Positions 38,959 through 51,158 of a stretch of 64,000 nucleotides of DNA are shown here, piece after piece. The translations under genes were made by a program, and so were the position numbers. How positions within the stretch are numbered: position 1 is the stretch's first letter; each line of letters begins with the position of its first letter. The DNA is from Planktothrix sp. GU0601_MAG3 (GTDB taxonomy: Bacteria; Cyanobacteriota; Cyanobacteriia; Cyanobacteriales; Microcoleaceae): assembly GCA_035193785.1 (NCBI GenBank), contig CP136572.1:256001-320000 (forward strand). Reading direction: 5' to 3'. The notes under the pieces were generated by a model. That model saw nothing but the letters and a program-made list of their open reading frames with translations, searched no databases and was not told the origin of the DNA.

Positions 38959-41815
38959 CTAGAGAGTCCACGCAGACGGGGAGGAAACAACACGAAAACC
39001 GTAGAACCTGTACCGACTGTCCGGCACGGCCCGGTAACGAACGGCACCGCGGCAATCCCCGGGATCGCTGACCCACGAAACCACCGCGCAGCACCCGGAG
39101 ATTAGTATTTCCGCCCGACTCCCAAACGCTACCATCAGGAGGCGCACCATCGTAATTATCGTGCCAAGGGTCGGCGCACCATTCCCAAACGTTGCCGTGC
39201 ATATCATATAATCCAAAGGCATTTGGAGGGAAACTACCGACATCGGTGGTTTGCTCACGATTACTGCCATAATTAACTAAATCGGCTGTAATGGTTTCGC
39301 CAAAATGGAAAGGACTTGTAGTTTGAGCGCGACAAGCATATTCCCATTCCGCCTCAGAAGGTAAACGATAGGTTTTACCTGTTTCTTTGGAAAGTCGCTG
39401 ACAGAATTCTTGAGCTTCGTGCCAATTTACATTCTCAACGGGTCGGTTTGCGCCTTTAAAATCAGAGGGGTCGCGCTTTAAGTCTATTTTTATTTTAGGT
39501 AATGCAAGTACGGCTTCCCATTGAGCTTGAGTAATGGGATATTTTGCCATAGAAAATGCAGCAATATTAACGGGATGTTGGGGATATTCGTTGCTACTAG
39601 CATTTGCTTCATTTTGAGCCGCACCCATCATAAAAGTTCCCCCGGGAATGGATACCATTTCTAAACTGATATTATTGCCTAAATCTTGTTTAAAAAATTC
39701 AGCCCGACGGCGTTCTCGGTGGGTTTCTTTTCCTTGGGCGTTAACGGTAATGACATCAAATTCAAATTCTTTTTGGAGACGGCGTTTTTCTGCTTCTTCC
39801 TGACGCTTTCTTTCTTCCTCCTGACGGCGTTTTTCATCCCAAACTCCTTGAGCAACATCCCGATTATGGGCGACATCGGGTAAATTAGGATTCAGGGCGA
39901 GACAGGAATTATAATCGGCGATCGCTTTTTCATATTGCCCTAATTTATAATAGGCATTAGCGCGATTATTGTAAGCCTCGACATAATTGGGATTCAGTCG
40001 CAAGGTTTGGTGATAATCTTCGATGGCGGCTTGATATTCCCCTAATTTACTATAGGCTAATCCGCGATTATAATTGGCATCGGGGGAATTAGGTTCGAGT
40101 AACAAGACTTGGGTAAAATCATCAATGGCGGTCGTATATTCTCCCTGTTGACAATGGTTTTGTCCCCGTTGATAACAGGCTTGAATAATATTAACGCGGT
40201 GAGTTTCTCCCAAAGATTCTAACAAATTATTGATTTTTTCAATATAGTCTAAATCCTTAGCCGTTACGACAGAATTAACGGTATCCCATAATTCAGAAAC
40301 CGGGTTTCTGGGGTTTCTTAACTTCAACCAAGATTCTACAGAATTAATTAATTGATTTTTAGCCCAAGATTTATCGGGTAAATTGACTAAACCCTGGGCT
40401 AATTCTAGGATTAATTCAGGGAGACGGTGAGAACTTTCTGTTTCTAGGATTTTGTAGATTTGTTCATAGCCAGAAATGACCATCCCTATTACTGAATCTG
40501 CAACTTCTCCTTCGGGGATATTCTGAGTTAAATCGGGGAGTAATTGCGGTAATAAGGGCGTGAAATCGTGGAGAAATAAATGATGAGTGTCAGCTATCCA
40601 ACCCGCGACCAAACAATGACAGGTAATTAAAAACTGGTACAAATCTTCAAAATGCTTGCTATTAATTTTATAATGAATTTCTAACTCATCATCGTCTATT
40701 CCCTCCTCTCGTAAACTTTGTTCTTCTTCCCAAATTTTCAGATTAATTTCATTATCTCCGCCCCGTTTATCAATATCAGCTTGGGTTTTTCCCAGTGCTA
40801 ATAGTTTGTCTTTTGTAACTTTCCATTTGCGGGCGCGAGTTTTAGCAGAATCATATAAAATATCCCGATAGGAAAGTTGAGAAATAATGGTTTGATAGGA
40901 ATAGTTAGGTTGTCCTATTGTCCAATAGGCGATTCTAAAATTTAGATAATCTCCATCAAATTCCGACTCTAATATTAATGTCGGTTCTGATTTTAGCATC
41001 CCAAATAATGCTTTAATACTGGCTTCACTATGAAAGCGTTTACTTTCCCAAGCCCCGGCTAAAAATTCGATGGGTCTTCCCTGTTGAGAATACTGATCAA
41101 AAAAATCACGCATTTTTTGATTTATAGTTAATTCAATATCGGGGAAATTTTGGGGCGTGGTGGCAAACTTTTCAAACTGAACTTTAGGCGGGGCAATAAA
41201 AACTCGTAGGGGAATTATACTATTATTGTAGGATTCTAAAATTTGCGCTGGAGGCAATGTTAACGGCCAATTAGCAAAAATTTTCTGAATTTCTACTTGG
41301 TCATGGGCAACTTTTAGCGCCGTTTCTCGTTGATATTGAGCTACTATTAATTGAGTTTCTCGGCCATAAGTTGCTAATTCTTTTTGGAGGGTTTCTTCCT
41401 GTTCAAAACGCCAGCGTTGAAATTCGATATTGCTTTTGTGAATAGCTAAATTAACGCTTTGGATATATTCTTGTAATTCCTTTTGGCGTTGATGATTGAG
41501 TTCACCTTGTTGGGCTTGAAATTCTCGATTTTCTTGATTTTGGATATATTGTAATTTAATTTGTGCTAATTGAATTTCCTGTCTTTTTTCCTCTATAACA
41601 GCACTGTTCGCAACTTGTACACATTGTAATTTGTACTGTGCTAATTGAATTTGTTGTCGTTTTTCCTCCATTTCAGCATTGTTGCTTACAATGATATCTG
41701 TATTTCTAGCTTGGGTATCAGCAATGTATTTCTGAGGAAGAAATACAGCTTCAAGTCCTCTATTGAATTTACCCCAAAGTCCCATTTTTGCTTCTCCTGG
41801 TAATAAGCGTGTCAT
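38959..41815 (-). CDS. Coiled-coil + TPR + FGE-sulfatase (C-type lectin fold) protein; probable DGR target; one extra T near 39079
   Basis: TPRs, then MVSIPGGTFMMG, RLPSEAEWEYACRA, NAFGLYDMHGNVWEWC; corrected end RVLRGGSWVSDPGDCRGAVRYRAVPDSRYRFYGFRVVSSPSAWTL*. Confidence 0.9.
38962..39097 (-). other. Putative DGR variable region (VR)
   Basis: 10 A in 136 nt on the coding strand within an otherwise A-rich gene; variable codons explicable as A-to-N changes from AAC/AAT/AGG/AGT. Confidence 0.75.
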
Positions 41816-41930
41816 TGGTTAATCTCCTGTTAATAAATTATAGGGTTTATGTCTATAATCAACCCCTGAAATCAATTTCGAGGTAGGGGCGAGGTGCGCC
41901 TCTAAGCCCTGAAGGGCTTACTACAATGGA

Positions 41931-42638
41931 CTAACCTGGACTACAGGTATTAAAAACTAACACCGTCGCCGCCCAAATAGGTGTCTTTCCTTCGGCAAAA
42001 ATCGCCCCATCTAAGGTATAAGCATGACCTTTGGCATCCACCCAACCAATACATTTTTCATGGGCATCATAGACCTTCATATCAGCACCTAAATGCCCGA
42101 TATAATGGTTGCCATTGTTATAAAATTTTTGCCCATCAATATGTCCAGCTTGTCCTCCACCATCCCAATAAACATCACCATCCGCATAAATATGAACACT
42201 ATTAGAATCTCCCTTTTCTACAGAATCGGAACTTTGCATTACGGAAAAGGCAGACATTTGTTGCGAGTGATCTCCCATACCTCCCAAATGGTGATCGGTT
42301 TGATATCCTGTGGAATAGTCCGTCTGTTCGGGTAGTTGATAGGGGTTAAATTGTTCTAAGTCCGTCCCATGGGGATGCAATTCTGGAGTGTGAGGGTCAA
42401 GGTCGGAGATAAAAGATGGGTGTAAACCTTGATAATATTCCCCATTTTCAAAGGAGTTAGACAGATCAAAATGAGGATGATGGGGGTCGTAGCCATTGAA
42501 ATCGGGTACAGACATAATATTATGGTGTGTCTGTTCAGGAATAGGGTGTTGCTGGGGGTCGATGTCTAGGGATTGGATCAGATGATCAAAGATAGAATCT
42601 AGGTTATATTGGGAGCTATTGTCGAGGGGATTATTCAT
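41931..42638 (-). CDS. Hypothetical protein: H/D/P-rich N-terminus plus beta-hairpin repeats
   Basis: C-terminal GHIDGQKFYNNGNHYIGHL / KVYDAHEKCIGWV repeats. Confidence 0.7.
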   Translation of the reverse strand: MNNPLDNSSQYNLDSIFDHLIQSLDIDPQQHPIPEQTHHNIMSVPDFNGYDPHHPHFDLSNSFENGEYYQGLHPSFISDLDPHTPELHPHGTDLEQFNPYQLPEQTDYSTGYQTDHHLGGMGDHSQQMSAFSVMQSSDSVEKGDSNSVHIYADGDVYWDGGGQAGHIDGQKFYNNGNHYIGHLGADMKVYDAHEKCIGWVDAKGHAYTLDGAIFAEGKTPIWAATVLVFNTCSPG

Positions 42639-42706
42639 GGTTATGTTATTAATTTAGTTTGGTGAATGTAGGAGAACTTAGGCGATCGCTTTCTCTAAAA
42701 ATAATG

Positions 42707-44057
42707 TCATAAACCAGTTAAGATGTTCCCTATTTTATCAGATTCTACCCTATCAACAACTTCTATAATTTCAAGCATTGGTAAAGATGAAAAAGCCGGA
42801 GTCATAATTGTTAATCCCCTGGGAATACATTCCACTTCTATAGGTGTTGTCCCAATAATTTCCCCATCTACAACTACTTTTTGGGGGGGATTTGTAGAAA
42901 TTCTAATCCGTTGAGTTCTAAATCCAATCATATTATCCCGTTGAATTTCTACCTTCAGCAAACCCGCCCCCAATAAACCCATCATTCCCGCCACCGCCTG
43001 CATTTTATTCGCCGGAGAAGTATAGATTAAAACCTCTAATAATCCATCATCGGGAACAATTTGTCCCAAACCTTGAGCTAAAACCGAAGTAGCAGGGGCG
43101 ACATTAGCAATCGTAATCGCGGCGGCTTCAACTTGATTAATTTCACCATTAATTTCAATGGTGGTTTCAAAGTCTTTTTGTTCCTTTAATTGTTGCCATC
43201 CCGCCATAATATAAGCTAAGGGGCCCCAGCGTTTTTTCGCATCTCGATCCGCCTTATTAACTGTTTCCGCTTCAAACCCAATTCCCGCTAATAAAATCAT
43301 CGGTAAACTATTACAATAAGCCATATCAACGGTGCGAGTTAATCCGGCAATAATCACTTCACAAGCCCCTTGAACATTAGTCGGAATTCCCAAGCCCACC
43401 GAGAAAGCATTGGCGGTTCCCCGAGGAATAATTCCCAAGGGAATATTAGTATTAATTACGGCTCCAGCTACGGCGGAAACCGTACCATCTCCCCCCGATG
43501 CGATGACTAAATCCACATTTTCTTTGATCGCATCTTGTGCTAATTGGGTCGGATCATTTTCTCTAGTTGTTAAGCAAACTTTTAAGTGAAAATAGGGTTC
43601 TAATAATTGCCGAATTAATAATAAATCTTGATTGGCATTTCCTACCCCAGCAACGGGATTAAAAATTAAATGGGCCGAACGAGTTCGCCGCAGTTGTACA
43701 ACAATTGCTTCGGCGGTTTCCAATATTAGTGGCGATTGGAATATTATAGATATTGCAAACCCTTAATAAATTTAAAAGTGGGAATTCATAAAGGTGGGTT
43801 TGGGTGGATTCTACTAAATAAATAACAGCTATAATTTCTTCTCCGGTGGTGATTTTAGACGCGATGGCAATATCTCCCCCCTGTCGCAAAGGCAAAACCG
43901 TTTCAACCTTTAACCAGGTCTTTTGAGTTAAAGCGGTTGCGATACTGTCTAAACCCACTAGATGATAATGGGACAGAATATTCGCGTGTTGAGTCACAAA
44001 GTCCACCAGAGTTTCTCGCTGAGTCTCATCAGCTAAAAGAAAAATCTTCCCTGACAT
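42707..44057 (-). CDS. MGS-like domain fused to a YegS/diacylglycerol-kinase-family lipid kinase; frameshift near 43715
   Basis: GGDIAIA...NIPIATN (MGS-like); IFNPVAG, SGGDGTV, IPRGTANAF, DGE. Confidence 0.85.
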
Positions 44058-44096
44058 AATTCACCCATTATTATTGCAATTCTTAGTATAGCGAAT

Positions 44097-45231
44097 TTAA
44101 CTATTTTGAGGGTGATCTAATCCCAAATGTTTCCAAGCCGCAGGCGTCGCTATACGACCCCGATTTGTCCGTTGAATAAACCCAATTTGCATTAAATAGG
44201 GTTCATAAACTTCCTCAATAGTTTGGGTATCTTCCCCCGTAATTGCCGCCATGGTTTCTAATCCCACTGGCCCCCCTTGAAATTTTTCAATGATAGCTGT
44301 TAACATATTTCTATCTGTCCAATCTAATCCCATCGGATCAACATTAAATAATTCCAAGGCAATATTCGCCACTTCTGCATCAATTGCCCCCGTACTTTTA
44401 ACCTGTACATAATCCCGAACTCGACGTAATAAACGATTAGCAATTCTAGGTGTTCCCCTCGCCCGTTGGGAAATTTCTATCGCTCCTTCTGGGGTTATGG
44501 GAGTATTTAATAACTTGGCACTCCGTTGGACAATTAAACTTAATTCGTCCACTTCATAAAAGCGTAACCGTTGAATAATTCCAAAGCGATCGCGCAGGGG
44601 AGCCGTGAGGGAACCCACCCGGGTTGTAGCACCAACAATTGTAAAAGGTTTCAGGGGAATACTACGGGTTTTTGCCGATCTTCCCTGACCAATAGTAATA
44701 TCTAATCGACAATCTTCCATGGCTGGATATAAAATTTCCTCAGCCACTTTAGATAACCGATGAATTTCATCAATAAATAATACTTCACCTGGTTTTAAAC
44801 TAACTAATAATCCCGCAATATCCCGGGGTTTTTCTAGGGCGGGAGCCGTGGTGATTTTACAAGTTACCCCCATTTCCGAGGCTAAAATTAGGGACATGGT
44901 GGTTTTTCCCAATCCCGGCGGGCCATATAATAATAAATGATCTAAAGGTTCCTGACGGGATTTTGCCGCGGCGATCGCAATTGATAAAACCTCTTTTAAA
45001 TCTTTTTGTCCAATATAATCTTCTAAACGATGGGGTCGGATTTTCTCATCCTGTTGACTATTAATTTCTTCCTGGGGCGTCGCTTCGGCTGCTAACAAAT
45101 AATCTAATTCATCCGTTGGCTCACTATTTTTGGATTTTCTGGATTTTTTAGCCATGGGAGTCGCCAACCCAGAAAATTCATCGGAGGGTTCGGGTTTCAG
45201 GAGACTGCTTTTTTGAAGAAATAATCGCCAT
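44097..45231 (-). CDS. ruvB: Holliday junction DNA helicase RuvB; probable 5' frameshift
   Basis: [32 protein letters not shown]; likely start MAIISSK at 45231. Confidence 0.95.
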
Positions 45232-45474
45232 AATAGACTTATGCCATACCGGGGCTACAGGTTCCAACTTTAGCAGGTTTTGGGATGAATTGGGTCTAAT
45301 CTTGCCTTTAATATTTAAACCTTCATACTGGGCTCAAGAGGTTGGAGTTCAAAACCAGAGCCTTTTAAACTGTTATCTGAATCCAGATCAAGATAAGATG
45401 AGATTAATCTAATTCCTCTAGTTCTTAACTTTAAACTCCAAGATCCAATTATTTTTCTGGTCTCATCCAACCTA

Positions 45475-47088
45475 ATGACTCCTTCCTACGATATTGAAAT
45501 CTTAAAAAAACGGCTGCATCAGTCAAGTGATGAACAACTCAAACAAGACTATTTGCGGGGTGCATTGACCTTTGATTTTCTCGCAGAGGTATTGGGGGAG
45601 GTTGAGTCTGAAGAATTAATTCTGCAACTGGTGAGTTTGGGTTTAAAATTGAATATTATTCAAGGAATTTTATTAACAAAAAATGTTAAACCTGAATTTC
45701 AAATTAAAGCTTTTTCCCTGGTAATTCAGTTAAATATTCCCCTGGATTTAAAAATTCGTCTGTTGGGACAAACCCATTCACCCCTATTACTCTCTTGGTT
45801 GCTTAAAGGATTACATCATAATAATCAATTGGTAAATGCTTGGTCAGCTTGGGCGATCGCTCAAATCGGTCAAGCTGCTGAATCTTCCCTATTAAAAGCT
45901 TTAAAAGATCCCCAACAAAAAGTTCGTTTTTGGGCAACTTGGGGGTTAGGACAAATTGGCAGCGATCGGGCAATTAGAGGATTAATTATGGCTTTGCACC
46001 ATGAAGATAGCCAAGTTCGTTGGCGAGCCGCCAGCGCTTTAGGAAAAATTAAAAACCGTTTAGCCACAACAAAATTAAGAGAAGTTTTAGTCTCCGATCC
46101 CGATCATTATGTCCGAGGTCGGGCTGCTACTGCCTTGGGACATTTAGGGGGAGCAGCATCAATTATTGGGTTGAAAAATGCCCTTGATGATCGAGAATTT
46201 TATGTTTATACCAATGCTGTTTATGGCTTAGAAACCATTGGTGATTCCTTTGCCAATAAGGTACTTTTACAAGCTCTTAATCACGGTAATTCAGATGTAA
46301 GAACCCGGGTTGTTGAGGTCTTGGGCCGAATTGGTGGGGATTTTATTGTTAATAAGTTGCTGAATAAAATTTATGATCCAGATCCGTTTGTGCGGGCAAA
46401 AGTAGTTGAAACTATTCAATCAATGAATACTCCCCTAGCCATTGGAGGCCTAAAAACCGCCTTGAATGATACGGATATTTATGTTCGTTCCTGGGCAGAA
46501 ACGGCTTTAGAAAAATTATATTCCCCCCCATCAACCACCCCATTAAAAATATTATTTTATTCTGATATTACTTCCCCCCAGGCTAATTTACCTAGACTAT
46601 GGATTGCTTCTAGGACAGAGGCAAGTAACTATATTTTACAACAATTTCGAGGAGCAAATATTCACTATTTAATTTCTATCGGTAGTCCGGGTAGTGAACC
46701 GCCTAAAGGGTTTGATCAAGTTCCGAATCGATTGCGACTAGAATTTGATGATATTGATACCCCCTACCATGATCCTGAATATGTTTTACCCAATGTTCAA
46801 CATATTTTAAAAGCTCTTCATTTTATGAAATTTGTTCATGCCAATAAAGGAGATTTATTAATTCATTGTCAAGCAGGAATTAGCCGTTCAACTGCGATCG
46901 CCTTTACCCTATATGCCTATGGTTTAGGAATCGGAAAAGAAGCAGAAGCCTTCAGTTATATTGTAGCGGTGCAGCCCCAAGCTATACCAAATCAATGGAT
47001 TGTGGAACTAGCCGATATCGCTCTCAAACGAGGAGGCAGATTAATTCAAACCCTACGCAATTATCGCCGTTCTTTTCCCAATTCATAA
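45475..47088 (+). CDS. HEAT-repeat (PBS lyase-like) protein fused to a C-terminal Cys-based protein phosphatase domain
   Basis: VR..AA.ALG repeats; LEFDD and IHCQAGISRS (CX5R). Confidence 0.85.
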   Translation: MTPSYDIEILKKRLHQSSDEQLKQDYLRGALTFDFLAEVLGEVESEELILQLVSLGLKLNIIQGILLTKNVKPEFQIKAFSLVIQLNIPLDLKIRLLGQTHSPLLLSWLLKGLHHNNQLVNAWSAWAIAQIGQAAESSLLKALKDPQQKVRFWATWGLGQIGSDRAIRGLIMALHHEDSQVRWRAASALGKIKNRLATTKLREVLVSDPDHYVRGRAATALGHLGGAASIIGLKNALDDREFYVYTNAVYGLETIGDSFANKVLLQALNHGNSDVRTRVVEVLGRIGGDFIVNKLLNKIYDPDPFVRAKVVETIQSMNTPLAIGGLKTALNDTDIYVRSWAETALEKLYSPPSTTPLKILFYSDITSPQANLPRLWIASRTEASNYILQQFRGANIHYLISIGSPGSEPPKGFDQVPNRLRLEFDDIDTPYHDPEYVLPNVQHILKALHFMKFVHANKGDLLIHCQAGISRSTAIAFTLYAYGLGIGKEAEAFSYIVAVQPQAIPNQWIVELADIALKRGGRLIQTLRNYRRSFPNS

Positions 47089-47192
47089 TTGATAATTGAT
47101 AATTGATAATTGATAATTGATAATTGATAATTGATAATTGATAATTCGTAATTCGTAATTCGTAATTCGTAATTCCCTATTCCCTATTCCCT
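47086..47192. repeat. STRR heptamer array
   Basis: (AATTGAT)n, (AATTCGT)n, (ATTCCCT)n. Confidence 0.95.
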
Positions 47193-47264
47193 CCTACATA
47201 CAAAAAATCTGTGAAGACGGACGCTAGGAACATCTTCACAGACACCTGAAACCCAGGCTGAAAA

Positions 47265-47751
47265 TTAGGACATGGCCTGAATGATAAAGTCAAAGTAGGG
47301 GGCTGCTTCCTTCGCATCTTCGTCATCAAGTAACGCCAGAGACGCTTCCTTGAGACAACGAACCGCTTCCACCATCCCAGGCATCGGAACACCCAAAGAG
47401 TTATACATATCTTTGACACCGATTAAACCAATGTCTTCAATGGGATCTTTGTCACCCGAAAGAACTCCATAGGTAATCAACCGTAGATACCAACCATAGT
47501 CCCGAAGACATAGGGCCCGTTTCCCGTGATCCTGACGCATTACCGCCAGGGGCAATAAAATCAGGGCGTTTTTTCCACAGTTGGGTACTAGCACGGTCTA
47601 CAATCTTCTTTTCATTATCCGCAAGGGTCGAAGCAATTCGCACGCGCTGTTCACCCGTTTTTAAAAAGTCATTGATGTTTTTGAGTTCACCAACGCTAGG
47701 ATAACGGAGTTCATCATCAGCTTTGAGAATAACTTGGCTAACTACTGTCAT
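47265..47751 (-). CDS. apcD: Allophycocyanin-B alpha subunit; frameshift near 47520
   Basis: [42 protein letters not shown]. Confidence 0.95.
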
Positions 47752-48241
47752 CTAAAACCTCGGAGCTATTAAAGTTTTTCAAGATACCATTAAGTAGTTT
47801 AGCGACTTGAGGGGAACAGGGGAAGTCATAACCCCGTAAACTTTCACCCATCGTCATCAAAGTGCGCTGAAAACACCTGTGCAAAGTCGTGGAGATGGGG
47901 CAGGGTCAAGAGTTATCTGTCTAAGTTCAGTGTGAACATCCTTAACAATTCTTAATTTTTAACCCTCAACGGTTAAACAGTCATCAGTCATCAGTTATCA
48001 GTTATCAGTTAAGAGGTAGTTGGCAGTTATTTACAGTAAAATAAATCTATACTTTATTTCTTTCACTGTTTACTGTGTAGGGGCGGTTTCCTGGTTTTTT
48101 TTTCAAATAAACTAAAATCTTGATCAACCTACTGATGACTGATAACGGGTACAAACGCGCCCATAGCGTGAAGGCAGTCTCTACACTGGTACAGACGTGC
48201 CATGGCGCGTCTCTACACTAATAACTAATAACTGATTACTA

Positions 48242-49634
48242 ATGTGGCAGCAAGGGCAACAAGTTGAAGTCGAAATCACAGATTTGACCGATGAAGGTAG
48301 TGGCGTCGGTCGTTACCAAGAACGGGTTATATTTGTTCCTGATACGGTTCCTGGGGATCGGGTGCGGGTGCGGTTAGTGCGGGTGAAAAGCAAATATGCA
48401 GAAGGCAAGTTAGACCGACTTTTAAGCCCATCAACCGATCGCATTTCCCCTCGATGTATTGTGGCGGATAAATGTGGGGGATGTCAGTGGCAACATATTG
48501 ATTACGCGCTACAACTGCAAAGTAAGCGAAATTTAGTGGTTAAAACCTTAGAAAAAATTGGAGGATTTATTGATCCTCCGGTGGATCAGGTGTTAGCAGG
48601 AGAGTCGGAATTAGGTTATCGAAATAAAGTCACCTATCCCCTAGGACGGTCGGCAACGGGTCAAGTTCAGGCGGGTTACTTCCAAAAACATAGCCATCGT
48701 TTGGTTAACTTAAATCAATGTCCGGTACAGGATCAACGCCTAAATCCTTTACTGGCTAATGTGAAACAGGATATTCAAAAACGGGGATGGTCGATTTATG
48801 ATGAAGCCCAACATCGGGGCAAACTGCGCCATCTATCCCTAAGAATTGGACGGCGTACCGGGGAAATGTTATTAACCTTAATTGCCACCCAAGCTAGTTT
48901 ACCCGGACTGACCGAACAAGCGGAAACTTGGTTAGAAGAATATCCTGGCTTACAAGGGGTTTGTTTAAATCTAAATCCCGATCAAACTAATGTGATTTTT
49001 GGTCAGGAAACACGCTGTTTAGCCGGTCATCCCTATTTAAAAGAAGAATTTGGGGGGTTAACGTTTTTTCTCGGCCCCGATACGTTTTTTCAAGTGAATA
49101 CGGAAGTGGCGGAAGCGTTATTAGAAATCATGCTACAGGAACTTAATTTACAAGGAAACTGAACGGATCGTTGATGCCTATTGCGGAATTGGAACTTTTA
49201 CTTTACCCCTAGCTTCCCATTTACTCCAAAAACAAGGGGGCTCGATGCAGTCCTCCGATCTTCCCCAAGTTATGGGTTTAGAAGTCCAAGAAACCGCCAT
49301 AGACCAGGCGCGAAAAAATGCGATTTTTAATCAGCTTGATCAGGTGGAGTTTAAATTAGGAACGGTGCAAAAGTTGTTACCCAAGTTAGGATATCAACCG
49401 GATGTTGTTTTGCTTGATCCTCCCCGAAAAGGTTGCGATCGCACGGTCTTAGAAACCTTACGGTCACTGCAACCGCAACACTTGATTTATATTAGTTGTA
49501 GACCCGCCACCCTAGCCCGAGATCTGAAGATTTTATGTGAAACGGGAGTCTATGAATTAGTGCGGGTACAGCCGGCGGATTTTTTCCCACAAACTTCCCA
49601 TGTTGAATCTATGGCATTCTTACGACGTTTATAA
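48242..49634 (+). CDS. rlmD: 23S rRNA m5U1939 methyltransferase; frameshift near 49155
   Basis: TRAM domain, CGGCQWQH, FFQVN, DAYCGIG, LDPPRKG, DFFPQTSHVE. Confidence 0.93.
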
Positions 49635-49822
49635 GTAAGTCGGAAAATTTAATCGATGGATATTGAAGCAAGGGTTTTAGGGGAATGTTTCCCTTTGAGC
49701 AATTCCGGCGCTTCTTTTTTTTTGATAAAAATTAGTGAACAGGAGATCGGATTAATAATATAATCGATCACATTCCACTGCGGTAAAATGAAAATTTCCT
49801 ACCCCTGGCATTATTCTTAAGA

Positions 49823-50873
49823 ATGAAATTTAGTGAACTGGTTGAAAAACTCAACGCTGGAATTACTGCCCATAGTTTGATCCATGACCCCACCCTTAAT
49901 CCCGATATTCGAGGAGTGGCGGCGGTGGATACAGCAACTTCTGGAACCCTCAGTTATATTGAGGGGTTAAAATTTGCCTCCTTTGTGTCGGTTTCTGCCG
50001 CGAGTGCGTTGATTTTGCCCTTAGATGAATCGTTACAAAATCAAGCTACAGCCGGGGGGAAGGCGTGGATTTCCGTAGCAAATCCTAGGGCTTTTTTCGC
50101 CCAGGCGATCGCATTATTTTATCAACCTTATCAACCCCAACCCCAAATTCATCCTAGTGCGGTGATTGATCCGAGTGCCAAAATTGGGTCAGAAGTTTAT
50201 ATTGGCCCCCATGTGGTGATTCAAGCAGGAGTAACCATTGGAAATCGGGTGTGTTTACATCCAAATGTGGTGATTTATCCCGGGGTAAAAATTGGCGATC
50301 GCAGCATTTTACACGCCAATTGTACTATCCATGAACGGGCTGAAATTGGTTGTGATTGTGTGATTCATAGTGGGGCTGTGATTGGGGCGGAAGGCTTTGG
50401 TTTTGTGCCAACGGATGGGGGTTGGCTGAAAATGGAACAATCGGGAATTACGGTTTTAGAAGATGGGGTAGAGGTGGGATGTAATAGTACGATTGATCGT
50501 CCGGCGGTGGGAGAAACCCGCATCGGAAAAGCCACGAAATTAGACAATTTAGTTCATATTGGTCACGGTTGTACCGTCGGGCAAAATTGCGCCCTTGCGG
50601 GTCATGTGGGATTAGCTGGGGGTGTCACCGTTGGCAATGGGGTGTTACTCGCGGGTCAAGTTGGTATTGCCAATCAAGTCAAAATTGGGGATGGGGTGAT
50701 CGTTACGGCTCAATCTGGGGTTTCATAACAATATTTCGCCCGGAGAGGTGGTTTCCGGTTCTCCAGCGATCGCCAATAAACTCTATTTGAAAACCGCTGC
50801 TATTTATAGACGATTACCCGAACTCTACCGATCTTTAAAGGCATTAGAACAAATTATTAAGTCTAACCGTTGA
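49823..50873 (+). CDS. lpxD: UDP-3-O-acyl-glucosamine N-acyltransferase LpxD; 3' frameshift
   Basis: Hexapeptide repeats, GAEGFGF, IDRPA, KLDNLVHIGH. Confidence 0.95.
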
Positions 50874-50879
50874 GCGTCA

Positions 50880-51158
50880 GGGGCAGGGGAGCAGGGGGAG
50901 CAGGGGAGGCAGGGGAGGCAGGGGAGGCAGGGGAGCGGGGGGAGCAGGGGGAGTAGGGGATTTAAACTCCTTCTATTAACCATCCGTAATTCGTAATTCG
51001 TAATTCGTAATTCGTAATTCGTAATTCGCAATTACCCATTACCCATTACCCATTACCCATTACTCATTACCCATTACCCATTACCCATTACCCATTACCC
51101 ATTACCCATTACCCATTACCCATTCATAATTCGTAATTCGTAATTCGTAATTCATAAT
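50880..51158. repeat. Compound short tandem repeat array
   Basis: GCAGGGGAG(G) units, then (AATTCGT)n, (ATTACCC)n, (AATTCGT)n. Confidence 0.95.

Noticed and set aside
38936..39080. ORF-track C-terminus FVGQRSRGLPRCRS... of the 959-aa protein
   Set aside because: It results from an extra T after RGG; the alternative frame restores GSW...GFRVV and stops at 38959.
38296..42700. Complete DGR cassette in this window
   Set aside because: No reverse transcriptase ORF, avd-like gene or second copy of the VR sequence was seen.
50825..51031. ORF MRITNYELRITNYEL...PCLPCLPC as a Cys-rich peptide or RiPP precursor
   Set aside because: It is simply the translation of tandem repeat arrays.
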